Shown: piece by piece, positions 44,878 to 55,500 of the stretch
How positions within the stretch are numbered: position 1 is the first letter of the stretch
Layout of the letters: the number at the start of each line of letters is the position of its first letter
Assembly: GCA_017403825.1 (NCBI GenBank)
Contig: JAFRDO010000014.1
Coordinates: 629 to 64,628, forward strand
Direction: 5' to 3'
Source: Kiritimatiellia bacterium
GTDB taxonomy: Bacteria > Verrucomicrobiota > Kiritimatiellia > RFP12 > UBA1067
Length of the DNA stretch: 64,000 bases
Program-made: the position numbers and the translations under genes
Notes under the pieces: generated by a model
What the model saw: only the letters and a program-made list of their open reading frames with translations
What the model was told of the DNA's origin: nothing
Database searches by the model: none

Positions 44878-46673
44878 TTGCCGCCTCCTATCACGTAGTC
44901 GGTCCAGTTGGGTATGTACAGCTCGGCCCCCTTGACGAGCGTCACCCACTCGGGGTGCGGGCCTTCGCCGTAGACGTCGACGTATCTCGCCGCGAACTCA
45001 CCGAGAAGCACACCCACCCGCGTTACGGCGAAAAGCTCTTTTGGAAAGTCCTTCGGGCCGAACGGAGGAGAAAGGAAGACTATCTCGCCGGCGGAGGGCG
45101 CACGGCCATGGCGGAAGAGCGCGAGATACCGCTCGCCCTGACGGCCAGGCAGCACAAGTCGTCCAACGCGCCCCGGGACGTCCGCCAGGCTGCGGCAGTA
45201 GACGCAGGCCGACACGGCGTTCGACGCCGAGGAAGAGGTCATGTAGTGGCGGCGTATCAGGTTCTGCGTGTAGATTCCGCCAAGGGTTTCGCCGTCATCG
45301 ACTATCCAGACCGACGGCTCCCCCTCGCCTACCGTCACAGTGCCTCCGGCATGGCGGATACGCGGACTGGACGGCCCTACGGCGCGGCAGACGGCATAGA
45401 GCGCGGCAACAGCGACGACGCTGGCGGCGGCGGCAATGCCGAGGGCGGCAATGTAGCCGCGCCAGGCCCTCCATTCGCCACGGCAGAGTCGCCAGGCCAT
45501 AAGGCCGATGAAGGACGCCGGCAGTATCCAAAGCGCAAGCTGCGACAGCATCACGTTGAAGAGCGCGGCGGCGAAGAGCGAAACCCATACCGCGACGCCT
45601 GCGGCCGTGAAGCCGCGCCGGGCATGATGCCAGAGAAGTGCGATTGCCGCGAACCACCCGAGAATCCACAGCCAGCGCCCGGTCCATCCGTAGCCGACCA
45701 GATGCGTGAGATGATCGCTCACGAGCGTCATCTGCCAGGTGTCGCCACCCATCGACTGGTACCAGTGGGAATAGGCCGGCCCTGCCTTTTTTACGCCCCA
45801 GCCGTCTGGCGCATCGGCCATCATCCGCGCACCTGCGACGAAGATGGCGCTGCGGTCGCGTCCCTCGCCGCGACCCTCTATCGTACGGACCAGCCCCTTG
45901 GTGAACCTGGAGGAGCCCTGCGTGGCTACGGCGAACACTCCTGCCAGGACGAGGCAGCCCGCAAGCACCAGCACTCGCTTCAGCACGGGCCGCCCGGCCC
46001 GACGCAGGAACGTCGCCGCGAGAAGCACCGCGAATCCTGCAAGGAACGCCAGCATGCCGCCGCGAGAACCCGTCATGGCTAGGCCAGCTAACGACGCAAG
46101 CATCGAAACCAACCCGACCGACAGCCATACGACGCCACACGAAAGGAACAGCGCCGCGCCGACGAGCGCCGTGCCCGCCAGGAACGCCGCCGCCACATTC
46201 GGACTCCTGAACCAAAGCGAGAAGCGACCGGTCATGCTCCAGATGTCCGTCAGACGGTCAAGACGCTTCTGCATCTTCTCGCGATCCATCTGCTCCGGCT
46301 CGATTCCCCACAGCGAAGCAGGCTTCCCGCCGTATGCCGGCTCGAACGGGTAGGTGATGGAATGCCTGTTCTTGCCGCGCTGGTACGTCACAAGCCGTCC
46401 GTCGACGTACGTGAAGCGCCGGTGCCCAGGCGCCCGCACCACAACCTTGCCGTCCACGGCCTCCGCCGACCATCCGCGCGGCCCGCTGAAGCTCCCCTCG
46501 TCAAGCTGACGGAATTCGCGCAGTTCGCCGTCTGGCCCCATCATGCGGTAGTAGAACGGACAGACAGGCGCGAAATACGTGATTCCGGCAAGGTCAGTTT
46601 CAGACGGCGCGTCCGCAGCCATCGAGACAGCCGCGGACGATACAGCGAAAAGAAGGCTAAGCAGCCGGCGCAT
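44874..46673 (-). CDS. Wzy_C / O-antigen-ligase-family membrane protein with extra N- and C-terminal soluble domains (WaaL or PglL/PilO-like)
   Basis: The frame is that of ORF 44874..46682. ATG 46673 is preceded by AGGGAGGA. Wzy_C-like motifs: LAMTGSRGGMLAF, RSAIFVAGARMMADAPDGWGV, SDHLTHLVGYGWTG. Many TM helices. Confidence 0.65.
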   Translation of the reverse strand: MRRLLSLLFAVSSAAVSMAADAPSETDLAGITYFAPVCPFYYRMMGPDGELREFRQLDEGSFSGPRGWSAEAVDGKVVVRAPGHRRFTYVDGRLVTYQRGKNRHSITYPFEPAYGGKPASLWGIEPEQMDREKMQKRLDRLTDIWSMTGRFSLWFRSPNVAAAFLAGTALVGAALFLSCGVVWLSVGLVSMLASLAGLAMTGSRGGMLAFLAGFAVLLAATFLRRAGRPVLKRVLVLAGCLVLAGVFAVATQGSSRFTKGLVRTIEGRGEGRDRSAIFVAGARMMADAPDGWGVKKAGPAYSHWYQSMGGDTWQMTLVSDHLTHLVGYGWTGRWLWILGWFAAIALLWHHARRGFTAAGVAVWVSLFAAALFNVMLSQLALWILPASFIGLMAWRLCRGEWRAWRGYIAALGIAAAASVVAVAALYAVCRAVGPSSPRIRHAGGTVTVGEGEPSVWIVDDGETLGGIYTQNLIRRHYMTSSSASNAVSACVYCRSLADVPGRVGRLVLPGRQGERYLALFRHGRAPSAGEIVFLSPPFGPKDFPKELFAVTRVGVLLGEFAARYVDVYGEGPHPEWVTLVKGAELYIPNWTDYVIGGGK

Positions 46674-46678
46674 GCGTG

Positions 46679-47413
46679 TCAATCCTCCCTGAACCTCGCC
46701 TCGTACTTAGTGGACTTCTTGACCTTGACCCTATAATCGGTTTTCTTCGAGACAAGCTTGCCATTCGCGTCATACCAGCCGATCAGGCTGCAACCGCGCT
46801 TCGGCTTGGCCGTAAGCGTCACCTTCTTGCCGATCTTCTGCCAGCGCACCTGCACGACTTCGCCGTACTTGTCGCTGACAGTGCCATTCTCGTCGCAGGC
46901 CTTCAGTTTGATCCTCGCATATTTCTTGATGACGGACTTTGCCTTGCTGCGGAAGGATTTGGCCGTCAGCCCGCTGCCGGTAAACACCTTCTTCACCGTC
47001 GGCGACACCGAGCCGCGCGGATTCAGGTAAACGGCGCAGAAAGGATATTTGCGCAGAGTGGAACTTCCGTCCGACTTGGCGAACTCCTTTGACCGCGCTC
47101 CTGCCTTGGTTTTCGTTCCTATGCCAAGCACGAAGACATAGCCGCAGGACTTGCGCCATTCCTCAAAATCCGAAGAGGCTGCTATGTCGTTGCAGAGGGA
47201 TTTGCAATGCCCGCAACCCGGATTCACCCACAGGACGACAAGCGGTACGCCAAGCTTTTCCGCATGTTTCTTGCACTTGGAGAACTGCGTCGACCAGACG
47301 CCAGTCTTCACCGCAGTCGTGGAATAGCTGAGCCCCTCATGCGTCTTCGTGGCACCGGAACCAACGAGACAAAGCCCCGCGCACACGGTGAAAATCAGCG
47401 CTTTGCGGAACAT
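46679..47413 (-). CDS. Secreted thioredoxin-fold protein with CGHC active-site motif plus C-terminal beta-rich domain
   Basis: The frame is that of ORF 46679..47437. ATG 47413 is preceded by AGGAGG. Signal peptide MFRKALIFTVCAGLCLVGSGA. VPLVVLWVNPGCGHCKSL is paralogous to the N-terminal domain of the 1567-aa protein (VPVLVFWANNGCGHCAAT). Confidence 0.6.
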   Translation of the reverse strand: MFRKALIFTVCAGLCLVGSGATKTHEGLSYSTTAVKTGVWSTQFSKCKKHAEKLGVPLVVLWVNPGCGHCKSLCNDIAASSDFEEWRKSCGYVFVLGIGTKTKAGARSKEFAKSDGSSTLRKYPFCAVYLNPRGSVSPTVKKVFTGSGLTAKSFRSKAKSVIKKYARIKLKACDENGTVSDKYGEVVQVRWQKIGKKVTLTAKPKRGCSLIGWYDANGKLVSKKTDYRVKVKKSTKYEARFRED

Positions 47414-47438
47414 GGCAACACCTCCTGGCTGGGACACG

Positions 47439-48362
47439 CTATTCCTCTATGACGTCCGGGTTTTCCTTGCCGTACTGGATTATGTCCTCTCGGGTCTGGA
47501 TCTTGCCGGCGAAGTCGTCGAACACGAATGCCATGTTGTCGCCCAGCGCGTCGATTGCCGTCTGGTTGCCGCTGTCGAGAATGACAAGGGCCGTCTCGAC
47601 CTTGATGGAGTTCGGCATTCCGTTCATCTCAAAGATGAAGGGGTTGAGTATCTGGCCGTCAGTCGTCATATTGACGAGCAGGCCGATGGCTTCGGAAATC
47701 TGCTGCGGCGTGGTGTCAAAATCCCACAGCAGTTCCTGTATCGCCTCGAGCGACACCTCCGCAACCTCCTGGTTCTCGTCCGCCGCGAGCTGGACCAGTT
47801 CTGGCAGCACCTCTAATACGCCGCCTCCGCCACCGCCGCCTTCGCCGTCACCGCCACCGCCGGCAGACTTAAGCGCCTCGACGATCTGACACTTCGCATA
47901 AGACGACACCTTGGCACCCCCGCTCATCTTCGCAAGCAACTTACGGACTGCCGCCATCACGCCTCGGTGATCGAAATTCACCTGAGCGCGACGCATCTCG
48001 GTCAAGATGTCGCGCACAGCCTTCGACATCTCGACAGCGACCTCGCCCTCCAGGGTGAAGTCGATGTCCATGTCAAAGTTCCCCTTCTCGTCATCGAACG
48101 GATTCCAGTCCTCGTCAACCTTGGCATTTTTATTCTTGACCTCGCTTCCAGGCTTCGAAAGGCCCTTCTCGCGACGCTGCTTCGCCGCGATGCGACGGGC
48201 AGTCGCCTTGGAGGCGGGCTTCTCCTCGCGTATGACGCGGGAGCGCAGCACGCGGCCAGGCTTGCCGTCCGGCTCGTCGGCCTTCGGCGCAGACAGCCAC
48301 CAGCCGCCTATGCAAAGGCCGACGAGAACGACCGTCAGGGTTATCAGTTTCCAGAGTTTCAT
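47439..48362 (-). CDS. N-terminally anchored hypothetical protein (basic linker, poly-Gly tract, helical-repeat domain)
   Basis: 307 aa, RBS GGAGAA, anchor MKLWKLITLTVVLVGLCIGGWWL. A GGGGDGEGGGGGGG run is encoded at ~47820..47870. Confidence 0.5.
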   Translation of the reverse strand: MKLWKLITLTVVLVGLCIGGWWLSAPKADEPDGKPGRVLRSRVIREEKPASKATARRIAAKQRREKGLSKPGSEVKNKNAKVDEDWNPFDDEKGNFDMDIDFTLEGEVAVEMSKAVRDILTEMRRAQVNFDHRGVMAAVRKLLAKMSGGAKVSSYAKCQIVEALKSAGGGGDGEGGGGGGGVLEVLPELVQLAADENQEVAEVSLEAIQELLWDFDTTPQQISEAIGLLVNMTTDGQILNPFIFEMNGMPNSIKVETALVILDSGNQTAIDALGDNMAFVFDDFAGKIQTREDIIQYGKENPDVIEE

Positions 48363-48384
48363 CTGTTCTCCGTCATTGTGTCAT

Positions 48385-51300
48385 TCAGTCGGCATAGACC
48401 TCGAACGGGAGCGAGAACGTCCAGGTGCGCACCCCGATCTTGACAGGCTTGACGATCGCGCCGCTGATCAGCACGTCTTCGCCGAGGCCGCCCGCGATGC
48501 CGCTACGCGTGTCGCGGTCGATCGTAAGCACGCCGAAGTGCTCGAAGCCGGCAATCTGCTTCTGCACGCCCTCTGCCTCGCTGGCAATCCATGCCGAGCA
48601 CGATCCCGAAGAGACGCCCGTCGCGCGGTTAAAGGCGATCTTGACGTTGCAGGGGTTGACGCTCGCCACCAGGTCGTACTGCGTCGCGTCGTCCGCTTCG
48701 GCGACAAGCTTCCTGGATACGGCGGCGAACTTGTTGCCGACGAGCGTAACCGGCACCGCGCTCGGCGTGGCCGCATACGCGTAGCCTGCGCCCAGCAGCT
48801 CCGCCGGGAATGCGTTGGGCGCACCGGCCGCGAACGCCTTGGCCTTCGAGTTGTAGTAGCCCTGGAGGTTCGCCAGGAGGTCGTACCATCCGCCGACCGG
48901 GACAAATTCCATGCGCCAGCCCTGTACGCCGTCCTCCGTGGCGGAGGCGTCGTCGGAATTCCAGCAGACCGTCTTCTTGGAATCGACGATGGTCTTGTAT
49001 TTCTTGCCGTCCAGATGGCTCTTGTCGGACTGCATGAACAGATGGAGTTCTGCAGCAAAGCAGCTGGAGGCGTTCGCCTGGTAGACGGGGATTACCATTT
49101 CGTAGCCCGTCTTCGACGACGAGTTAGGCACGACCGCGCAGGCCGTGGCCGACGCCGCGACCGCAGTCTTGTCGGCCAGGAGACCGGCGATCTTCGCCGC
49201 GCCCTTGTTGTCCACCGTGACCGTCAGGTAGCCGTTGCCGGCGGGAACGCCCGCTCCGGGCGCACCGCGGTCGGTTCCATCGACCGCGCCGGCGACGAGC
49301 GCCACCGTGTAGTAGCCGTCGAAGAGGAACGCAGTGTCGAGGTACTTCTGTATCTTGGCGTTGTTGCGGTAGAGCGAGCCGGCATACGAGATGCCGGTCT
49401 GGGCGCCGGCGCCCGAGGCGTCAGGCACGCGAAGCAGCAGGCTGGCCTTGCAGCCCGACTTGGCCCAGTCGGAATACTTGCCGTCGGTCACCGCGACAGT
49501 CAGCTCATTAGTGTACGGCGGCTCCTCGCCGCTGCCGGGCCAGACGTTGACAAGCGTCTTCTTCTTGGCGCCGTCAGAAGTCGTGCCGTCCCACCCCGCG
49601 CCTGCGGTGAACGAATACGTCTTCCCGGCAAGCTGGACCTTTGCGGACATCGACTCCGGCGAAGAGCTGGAGGAAGCGGAGATCGTCAGCGTGACGGCGG
49701 CGAACTCGGGGGCGCCGTTCGTGAGCTGCGTGCCGCTCTCGCGCACCAAGCCGTAGAACGTGCCGATGCGCAGGTTGCTCTTGTCCTCCTTCTTCTGCTT
49801 CGCGGCCTTGTCCTTGTAGACCGACGCGTATGCCGCCGCCGCATCCTTGTACTTCGCCGTGTTCACGATCTTGACAGTCGCCTGCACCGAGGTCTTGTAG
49901 TTCGGGAACGCCGCCTGGACCACGTCCTTCAGCCCGTCGCCGGCGGACGCCGACGAGGCATCCTTCAGCACGACCTTGAACGACAGGTCCTTGCTCTTGA
50001 CAGGAATGGTCTTCGGGACGAGGGCAATCTTGATCTTCTTCTTGCCCTTGTCGCCGTTCTTCCAGCTGACGTAGCCGGAGGCGTTGATGTAGTTGACCCC
50101 TGCCTTCGCCGTTCCCGCCGAGAGGGTGTACTTCACGCGGCACGCGCCCGTCGCCTTCGTGCGGACGGCGGTGACGGTCACGGACGTCGCGCTGTCCTTG
50201 GCCTTGAACGTCGCATTGCTGAACTTCACCACGCCGAGGTCCTCGTAGCGGCCCTTCAACTTGTAGGCTCCGCCGTCGTTCGTGGAGGTCTTGTGCGAGA
50301 CGATGAGGTAGTACTTCTTAGACGACTTGGGCAACAGCAGCCGCGTCACGGAAGTCACCTTCTTCGCGTAGTACGTGCCGTTCTCGTTCTTGATGGTGAA
50401 CACCTGGTCGCCCTTGCCGTTGCCGTAGAGGCTGAACGTGTAGTGATAACCCTTCTTCGAGTAGAAGGAGAAGCAGTCGTTCTTGTCTGTCTTCCAGAGC
50501 GTGTGCTTCGTCTGCGTGGTGTACTTCGACTTCAGCGTCCATGCCGTCGCCTTCTTCGTCGAGTCGTCCTTCGGGTCCCACTTGTCGGTGTAGTAGATGT
50601 CGCTGACTTCCGTGGTCTTGCCGTTGGAAACCGTGGCGCTTGCGTTCTTGGGCGTCGTGTAGCCCTTGACCGACGTGAAGTACAGGGTCTTCTTGCCGGC
50701 CGACATGATGACGCTCACGCCGCTCGCGTACTGGGTGCCCTTCTTGGAGAGCATCCACTTGCCGCTCGCGCCCTTGATCGTCACCTTTAGCGCACCGCAC
50801 TTCTTGCCGTTAGAGAAGTAGCCGACCGAATGAATGCGGATCGGCTTGTAGTCGAGACCCTCGCCGGCGGCCGGACGGACGACCACGTAGTACATTCCGT
50901 CGACGTTCGCCTTGAACGTGAACGTCTTGCCGGGCGCGAACGTCACGGCCTTGACCAGCGTCTTGTCAGACACCTTGCCGCTGTAGATCTGCGCGGCAAG
51001 CCGGTTGGTCTCGGTGTTCGCCGCATCGGCGAAGCTCGTTGCCAGCGCATATGTGACGCCGCTTGCCGCGCCAATCACGCACTTGGCCGACCAGCAGTCC
51101 TTCCCCAGCTTGAAGGCCGAGCTCCCGGCGGCGTCCGCCGCCTGCGGCTTCGAGTCCTTCGTGCCGGGAACAGGCGAGAGCTTCACGGTCTTGACCGTCG
51201 TCGAAACGGTGGAGGCCTTTATGCTGACCTTGTGGTACTTCGGCGTAAACTCGTCAAAGACCCCGTGGTCCTCGCAGACGCCCACGTAGTAGGTCGCCGA

Positions 51301-52494
51301 CTTCGACGGAGTGAACACGACGCGAACGTCCGCGCTGCCGCTGCCCTTGGAGCGGTTCGTCTTGATGACGGTGCCCTTGGAGTCATAGAGATACGCTACT
51401 ATCGGCACCTCGTTGGTCGCCCCGCTCGTCTCCACCACATAGTTCTTGCCCTTCTTGGCGGCTATCGAGAAGAGCTGCTGGTCGGCTACCATGTCAAAGT
51501 AGCCGGACCCGGGCTTGTTCAGGTAACCGGGCTTGAAATCCACGGACTTGCCGAGCGCAAGAGCCGTGGGCTTGTGCTTGGCCGGCGTCCTCGCCTTCTC
51601 CAGAAGGAAGCGCAGCTTGCCCTTGGCCTTGTAGCCCTTCGAGGACCTGATGCGCATCAGTACCGTCTGGTCGCCGTCCGGAATGAACGAAATCGCCTGG
51701 TTGTTCGCCTTGGCCCACGTCTTGTAGGGACCAAGTATGCCGAGGTTGAGGTTGTACTCCTCGTCGAACGAGAGCACGTTAGACGCCGTGCCGTCCAGAG
51801 TGCCGAAGCGATAGCACGAACCGCCCTTGAGCACGACCTTCACGTAGTAGAACTCGCCCATAAAGCCGTCCTTGAGGGTCACGGTCTGGGCCTTGTTCTT
51901 CGGCTTGATCACGAGCGGATTGGCCGCAACGCCCTTCGGTATCTTGTTCGCCTGCACGTAGTTGAGCGTCGCAGTCGCCCCATTGTCGCCCTCGACAAGA
52001 ATGTAGTACGTCCAGCTGTTGGGCGTCTTGGACTTGCCCCAGTCGCCCCAGTTGTCGTCAGAGACGATGTCCGTCCAGGCCGAGGTGTCCCAGTCGTCGT
52101 TCCAGTCGTTGGACCATTCCTTGCCCGTGACGAGCCAGCGCGTCTCGATGCCGCAGTCTACGCTGTCGAAATGGGCGAGCGGCTCGTTGGTGTTCCAGTC
52201 GGTGGACTCCATCCCGTAGGCCGTGCGGATCCTGATGTTGCTGTTCGTGGAGTTGACGCCGGTAAGCCACACGGTGTACGCCTTGCCCTTGGACAGCGTC
52301 ATCTTGTAGTAGCACCGGTAGACGGTCTTATTCTGATCGTCCTTGGTCTTGTAGAGCTTGACCGTCTTCTTCTGCACGGAAGACTTGGCCGACAGGCCCA
52401 GCGCGTACTTCTCCTTCACGGGATTGCTCGCGCCGAAGACCGAACCCGCAAGACACAGCACGCCAAGCGCCGCCGTCACAATCTGTTTCATCAT
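48385..52494 (-). CDS. Giant secreted protein (about 1369 aa) built of repeated beta-sandwich (PPC/pre-peptidase-C-like) modules and a Calx-beta-like module
   Basis: The frame is that of ORF 48385..52500. ATG 52494 is preceded by AAGGAG. Signal peptide MMKQIVTAALGVLCLAGSVFGA. Recurrent K-G-x-x-Y-x-(V/F) motifs. Calx-beta-like stretch VTVTAVRTKATGACRVKYTLSAGTAKAGVNYINASGYVSWKNGDKGKKKIKIAL. Confidence 0.75.
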   Translation of the reverse strand: MMKQIVTAALGVLCLAGSVFGASNPVKEKYALGLSAKSSVQKKTVKLYKTKDDQNKTVYRCYYKMTLSKGKAYTVWLTGVNSTNSNIRIRTAYGMESTDWNTNEPLAHFDSVDCGIETRWLVTGKEWSNDWNDDWDTSAWTDIVSDDNWGDWGKSKTPNSWTYYILVEGDNGATATLNYVQANKIPKGVAANPLVIKPKNKAQTVTLKDGFMGEFYYVKVVLKGGSCYRFGTLDGTASNVLSFDEEYNLNLGILGPYKTWAKANNQAISFIPDGDQTVLMRIRSSKGYKAKGKLRFLLEKARTPAKHKPTALALGKSVDFKPGYLNKPGSGYFDMVADQQLFSIAAKKGKNYVVETSGATNEVPIVAYLYDSKGTVIKTNRSKGSGSADVRVVFTPSKSATYYVGVCEDHGVFDEFTPKYHKVSIKASTVSTTVKTVKLSPVPGTKDSKPQAADAAGSSAFKLGKDCWSAKCVIGAASGVTYALATSFADAANTETNRLAAQIYSGKVSDKTLVKAVTFAPGKTFTFKANVDGMYYVVVRPAAGEGLDYKPIRIHSVGYFSNGKKCGALKVTIKGASGKWMLSKKGTQYASGVSVIMSAGKKTLYFTSVKGYTTPKNASATVSNGKTTEVSDIYYTDKWDPKDDSTKKATAWTLKSKYTTQTKHTLWKTDKNDCFSFYSKKGYHYTFSLYGNGKGDQVFTIKNENGTYYAKKVTSVTRLLLPKSSKKYYLIVSHKTSTNDGGAYKLKGRYEDLGVVKFSNATFKAKDSATSVTVTAVRTKATGACRVKYTLSAGTAKAGVNYINASGYVSWKNGDKGKKKIKIALVPKTIPVKSKDLSFKVVLKDASSASAGDGLKDVVQAAFPNYKTSVQATVKIVNTAKYKDAAAAYASVYKDKAAKQKKEDKSNLRIGTFYGLVRESGTQLTNGAPEFAAVTLTISASSSSSPESMSAKVQLAGKTYSFTAGAGWDGTTSDGAKKKTLVNVWPGSGEEPPYTNELTVAVTDGKYSDWAKSGCKASLLLRVPDASGAGAQTGISYAGSLYRNNAKIQKYLDTAFLFDGYYTVALVAGAVDGTDRGAPGAGVPAGNGYLTVTVDNKGAAKIAGLLADKTAVAASATACAVVPNSSSKTGYEMVIPVYQANASSCFAAELHLFMQSDKSHLDGKKYKTIVDSKKTVCWNSDDASATEDGVQGWRMEFVPVGGWYDLLANLQGYYNSKAKAFAAGAPNAFPAELLGAGYAYAATPSAVPVTLVGNKFAAVSRKLVAEADDATQYDLVASVNPCNVKIAFNRATGVSSGSCSAWIASEAEGVQKQIAGFEHFGVLTIDRDTRSGIAGGLGEDVLISGAIVKPVKIGVRTWTFSLPFEVYAD

Positions 52495-52560
52495 CTTCAA
52501 TCTCCTTGATCTTGTCTTGTCAGCCTGTCAGCCAATCTTCTTTCCACACGGTCTCCTGCG

Positions 52561-55500
52561 TCACTTCTCCGGGAATGCAGCCCCGGAGTAGATTCGCCCG
52601 CCGGAGAGCGCCGTGTCCTTGCTCGACTTGCCGACCTGGTCCTTGAACGAGAACGCGCCGCAGATGAACGGCATCTGAAGCTCCTCGCCCTCGGAGCAGT
52701 CGCACTCCGCGCTCCAGCCAGTCAAAAGCACCCCGTTCCAGGTTGCATCGATGTAGCTGGTCTTGCCGCCGGCAACGTAGTTGAGGCGGAGCGAACCGCT
52801 CAGGATTCCCGTGGCGCGGTCGATCGACAGCTTGAACTTGTTGGTCGCCTTCGTCACGCTGATCGAGTTCTTCCCGACCGAGACCGTCTGCACAGGAATC
52901 GCCTGCGCCTTGCCGCGGCCAGCATAACGGTCGTAGCCAGCGTACTCAGGAACCTCTACCTGGAGCTTCATCGCGGAGGGGTTCATCGACGACTCCGTGC
53001 AGCAGTCCTTCAGGCTCTTCGCCGCGTCGTAGAGACCGCCCATGAGGTGAATGTCCATGCTGTAGCCCGTGCCGTTGTCGCCACTGTGCGTCCACGTGCC
53101 GAGCGGCAGGACGGGCGAGAGGTCCGGGCAGCCGAGCAGGCTCCTGTTGCCGCCGTTGTCGCCGGCCGCGTTGGCCTTGATCTCCGCCACGATCGAGAAA
53201 CGGTCGGCGGAAAGCTTCTTGAAGATCGGCAGGTATGCGTAGCCGCCGCGGCCGACCCAGTTGTTCACGCCCTTGGACAGGACGGCCGAACCGGAGATCG
53301 CCTGGCCGTTGGGCAGCTTGCCCGCCCACGTCATCTTGCCCTTAGAGGCAGCCTTAGAGGTCAGCTTCAGCGACACGTAACCGTAGCCGATGGGCGCCGC
53401 GAACTTATCGTTCGTCGGCTGCACGATCTCGCCGGTGAATGCACCGTAGACACCGTCGCCGCGGTAGTACGGCGTTCCGGACGGCACGATCGCGCCATTG
53501 TAGATGCCGACCCACGACTTGGCCGACGCGCTGCTGCTCCAGACCGTTCCGGAGGACTTCGCCGTCAGATCCTGATCCTTGAACGCCTTGTCTATGACAG
53601 TCGCCTCGACACGCCCGTTGGAGTATGCCTTCACCTCCAGGGCGTAGCCTTCCTTGGACGGCGTCAGAGTCGCCGTCAGCGTGCCGTCGGCGGCGGAAAG
53701 GTCCTTCGCGTTCCAGCTCTTGGACGAGAACGAGACCGTGCCGCCGTTGCAGGCGTACTTCGCGCTCACCTTGCCGGAGCGCGGGATCGTCACGTCCAGC
53801 GTGCCGGCAAGCCGCTTCGGGTCGCCGCCGGAAAGAACCATCAGGCTCGAAAGCGTCCGCGACGTCTTCACCGCAGTGTTGGAAAGCTTGCCGTACGTCT
53901 TGTCGGACGGCTTGACCGTGGTCGGATCGACGACCCGGAAGCTGACCTTGACCGGCATTCCCTTCACCAGCTTCTTGCTGCGCGTCGCGCATGCGCGGAA
54001 GTAGGCGGTGTAGGAACCGGCCGCCGTCGGAATGCCCGTCAGCTTCAGCTTCTGCCCGCTCACCTTCGCCTTGATGCCCTTCGGGAGAGATCCCTTGAAC
54101 AGCTCGACGGAAAGCACGTCGCCCTTCTGGATATAGGCAGGATCGAACGCAACGGACGCGCTGCACGTCGAATACGTCACCATCTTAATCTGGGCGATCT
54201 TGTCCGAGACGAAGGCAGGCGCCTTGTCGTCAACGACCACGATGACTATCGACTTCGCGTTCTTGTCGGCCTTGAAGCTGCCAGACGTGGCGTTCAGCGA
54301 CACCGTGGCCTTCTTCTCAGCCTTGGGCAAGCCCTTCACCAGAACCGCCTTGTCGGCGTAGTCGTCGGCGCCCCAGCCCACTTCCGACCCAAGTATGGTC
54401 TCGCCGGAGAACGAGACCGTGCTGACGGACGACTTGAGCCCGATGCTGTTGGCGAGCGGCTTGCCGTCGTTGGAACGGTGGAGCGTCATGGTGACGCCCG
54501 CGCTGCGCCGCGCGTAGACTGTCGTGTCGAACGTGGCGGTTGGCTCTGTGCCGGATATCGACACTGTGCTCTGGGTCTTTCCAGACTCGTCCTTGACCTT
54601 CAGCGTGTACGACGACTTGCCGAGCGTAGCGTCGCCGTTGTCGCTCGCCAGGCCTTCGAGGGCAAGCACGATTTGTCCGTCGCCGAAGTACTTGGACAGC
54701 TCCGCGCTCTTCTCGACCGTAATCACGAGGCTCTTGGGCTCGTTGTCGCCGTCCAGCCACGTCAGCTGCTTCGACATGAAGCCCCACTCGTCGTCAATGG
54801 CGAAGCGTGGCAGCAGCTTCGTCTTGTGGTCGTAGTAGAACGTGGACTTGTCGACATCCACGACGACGGTCGCCGAAACCGAACCGGAAACGCCGCCGCT
54901 GCGCATGACCGTCACCGTCCACTTGCCCACGCTCTCGCCAATGCCGTCTTTCGGCTCGTTGTCGTTGAAGGCGACCTTCGACGGCACCCACTTCTGGTAC
55001 CCGATTTCGCCGTCGGCCGACGCAACAAGCGCGACGTCGCCGTTCACGGTAGCCTCGAACATTCCGTCATCCCTCTTCTTAAGCCCTTCGGGAAGCGGAT
55101 CCGTCACGATGCCGGTGATGCGGTAGACCTTGCCGGCGTCAACGGACATATGGATGGAAGAGCCCTCGGCAAGAGGCACGGACGCGAAGTCCTCCTGCGG
55201 GTCAAGGGACTTAACGGAAGCCGTCAGAGTGAACTCCGCAAAGTGATTCGCGGTTGCGCTCCCGATGGCGAATGCAGCAGAAGCGATGTCCGCACCGGCA
55301 ACCCGCAGATAGCACGTGCCCACTTCGTCGAACTCCCCGAGAAGCGCGGTGTTGGCATTGATTGCAGTCGTTACGGGCTTGCCGACAAGCTCGAACGCCC
55401 CGTCCTTCTCAATCATGAACTGCGCTACGACCTTGGCATCGGACGAGCCGGTGATCGTGACGTTCACGTCCGCCGCGCCCTTGAAGTTCGTCAGCTTGAA

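Noticed and set aside
47820-47870. GC-rich short-period repeat (gccgcc/gccacc units)
   Set aside because: It is simply the coding sequence of a poly-Gly/Asp/Glu tract (GGGGDGEGGGGGGG) on the minus strand. It is not a CRISPR or regulatory repeat.
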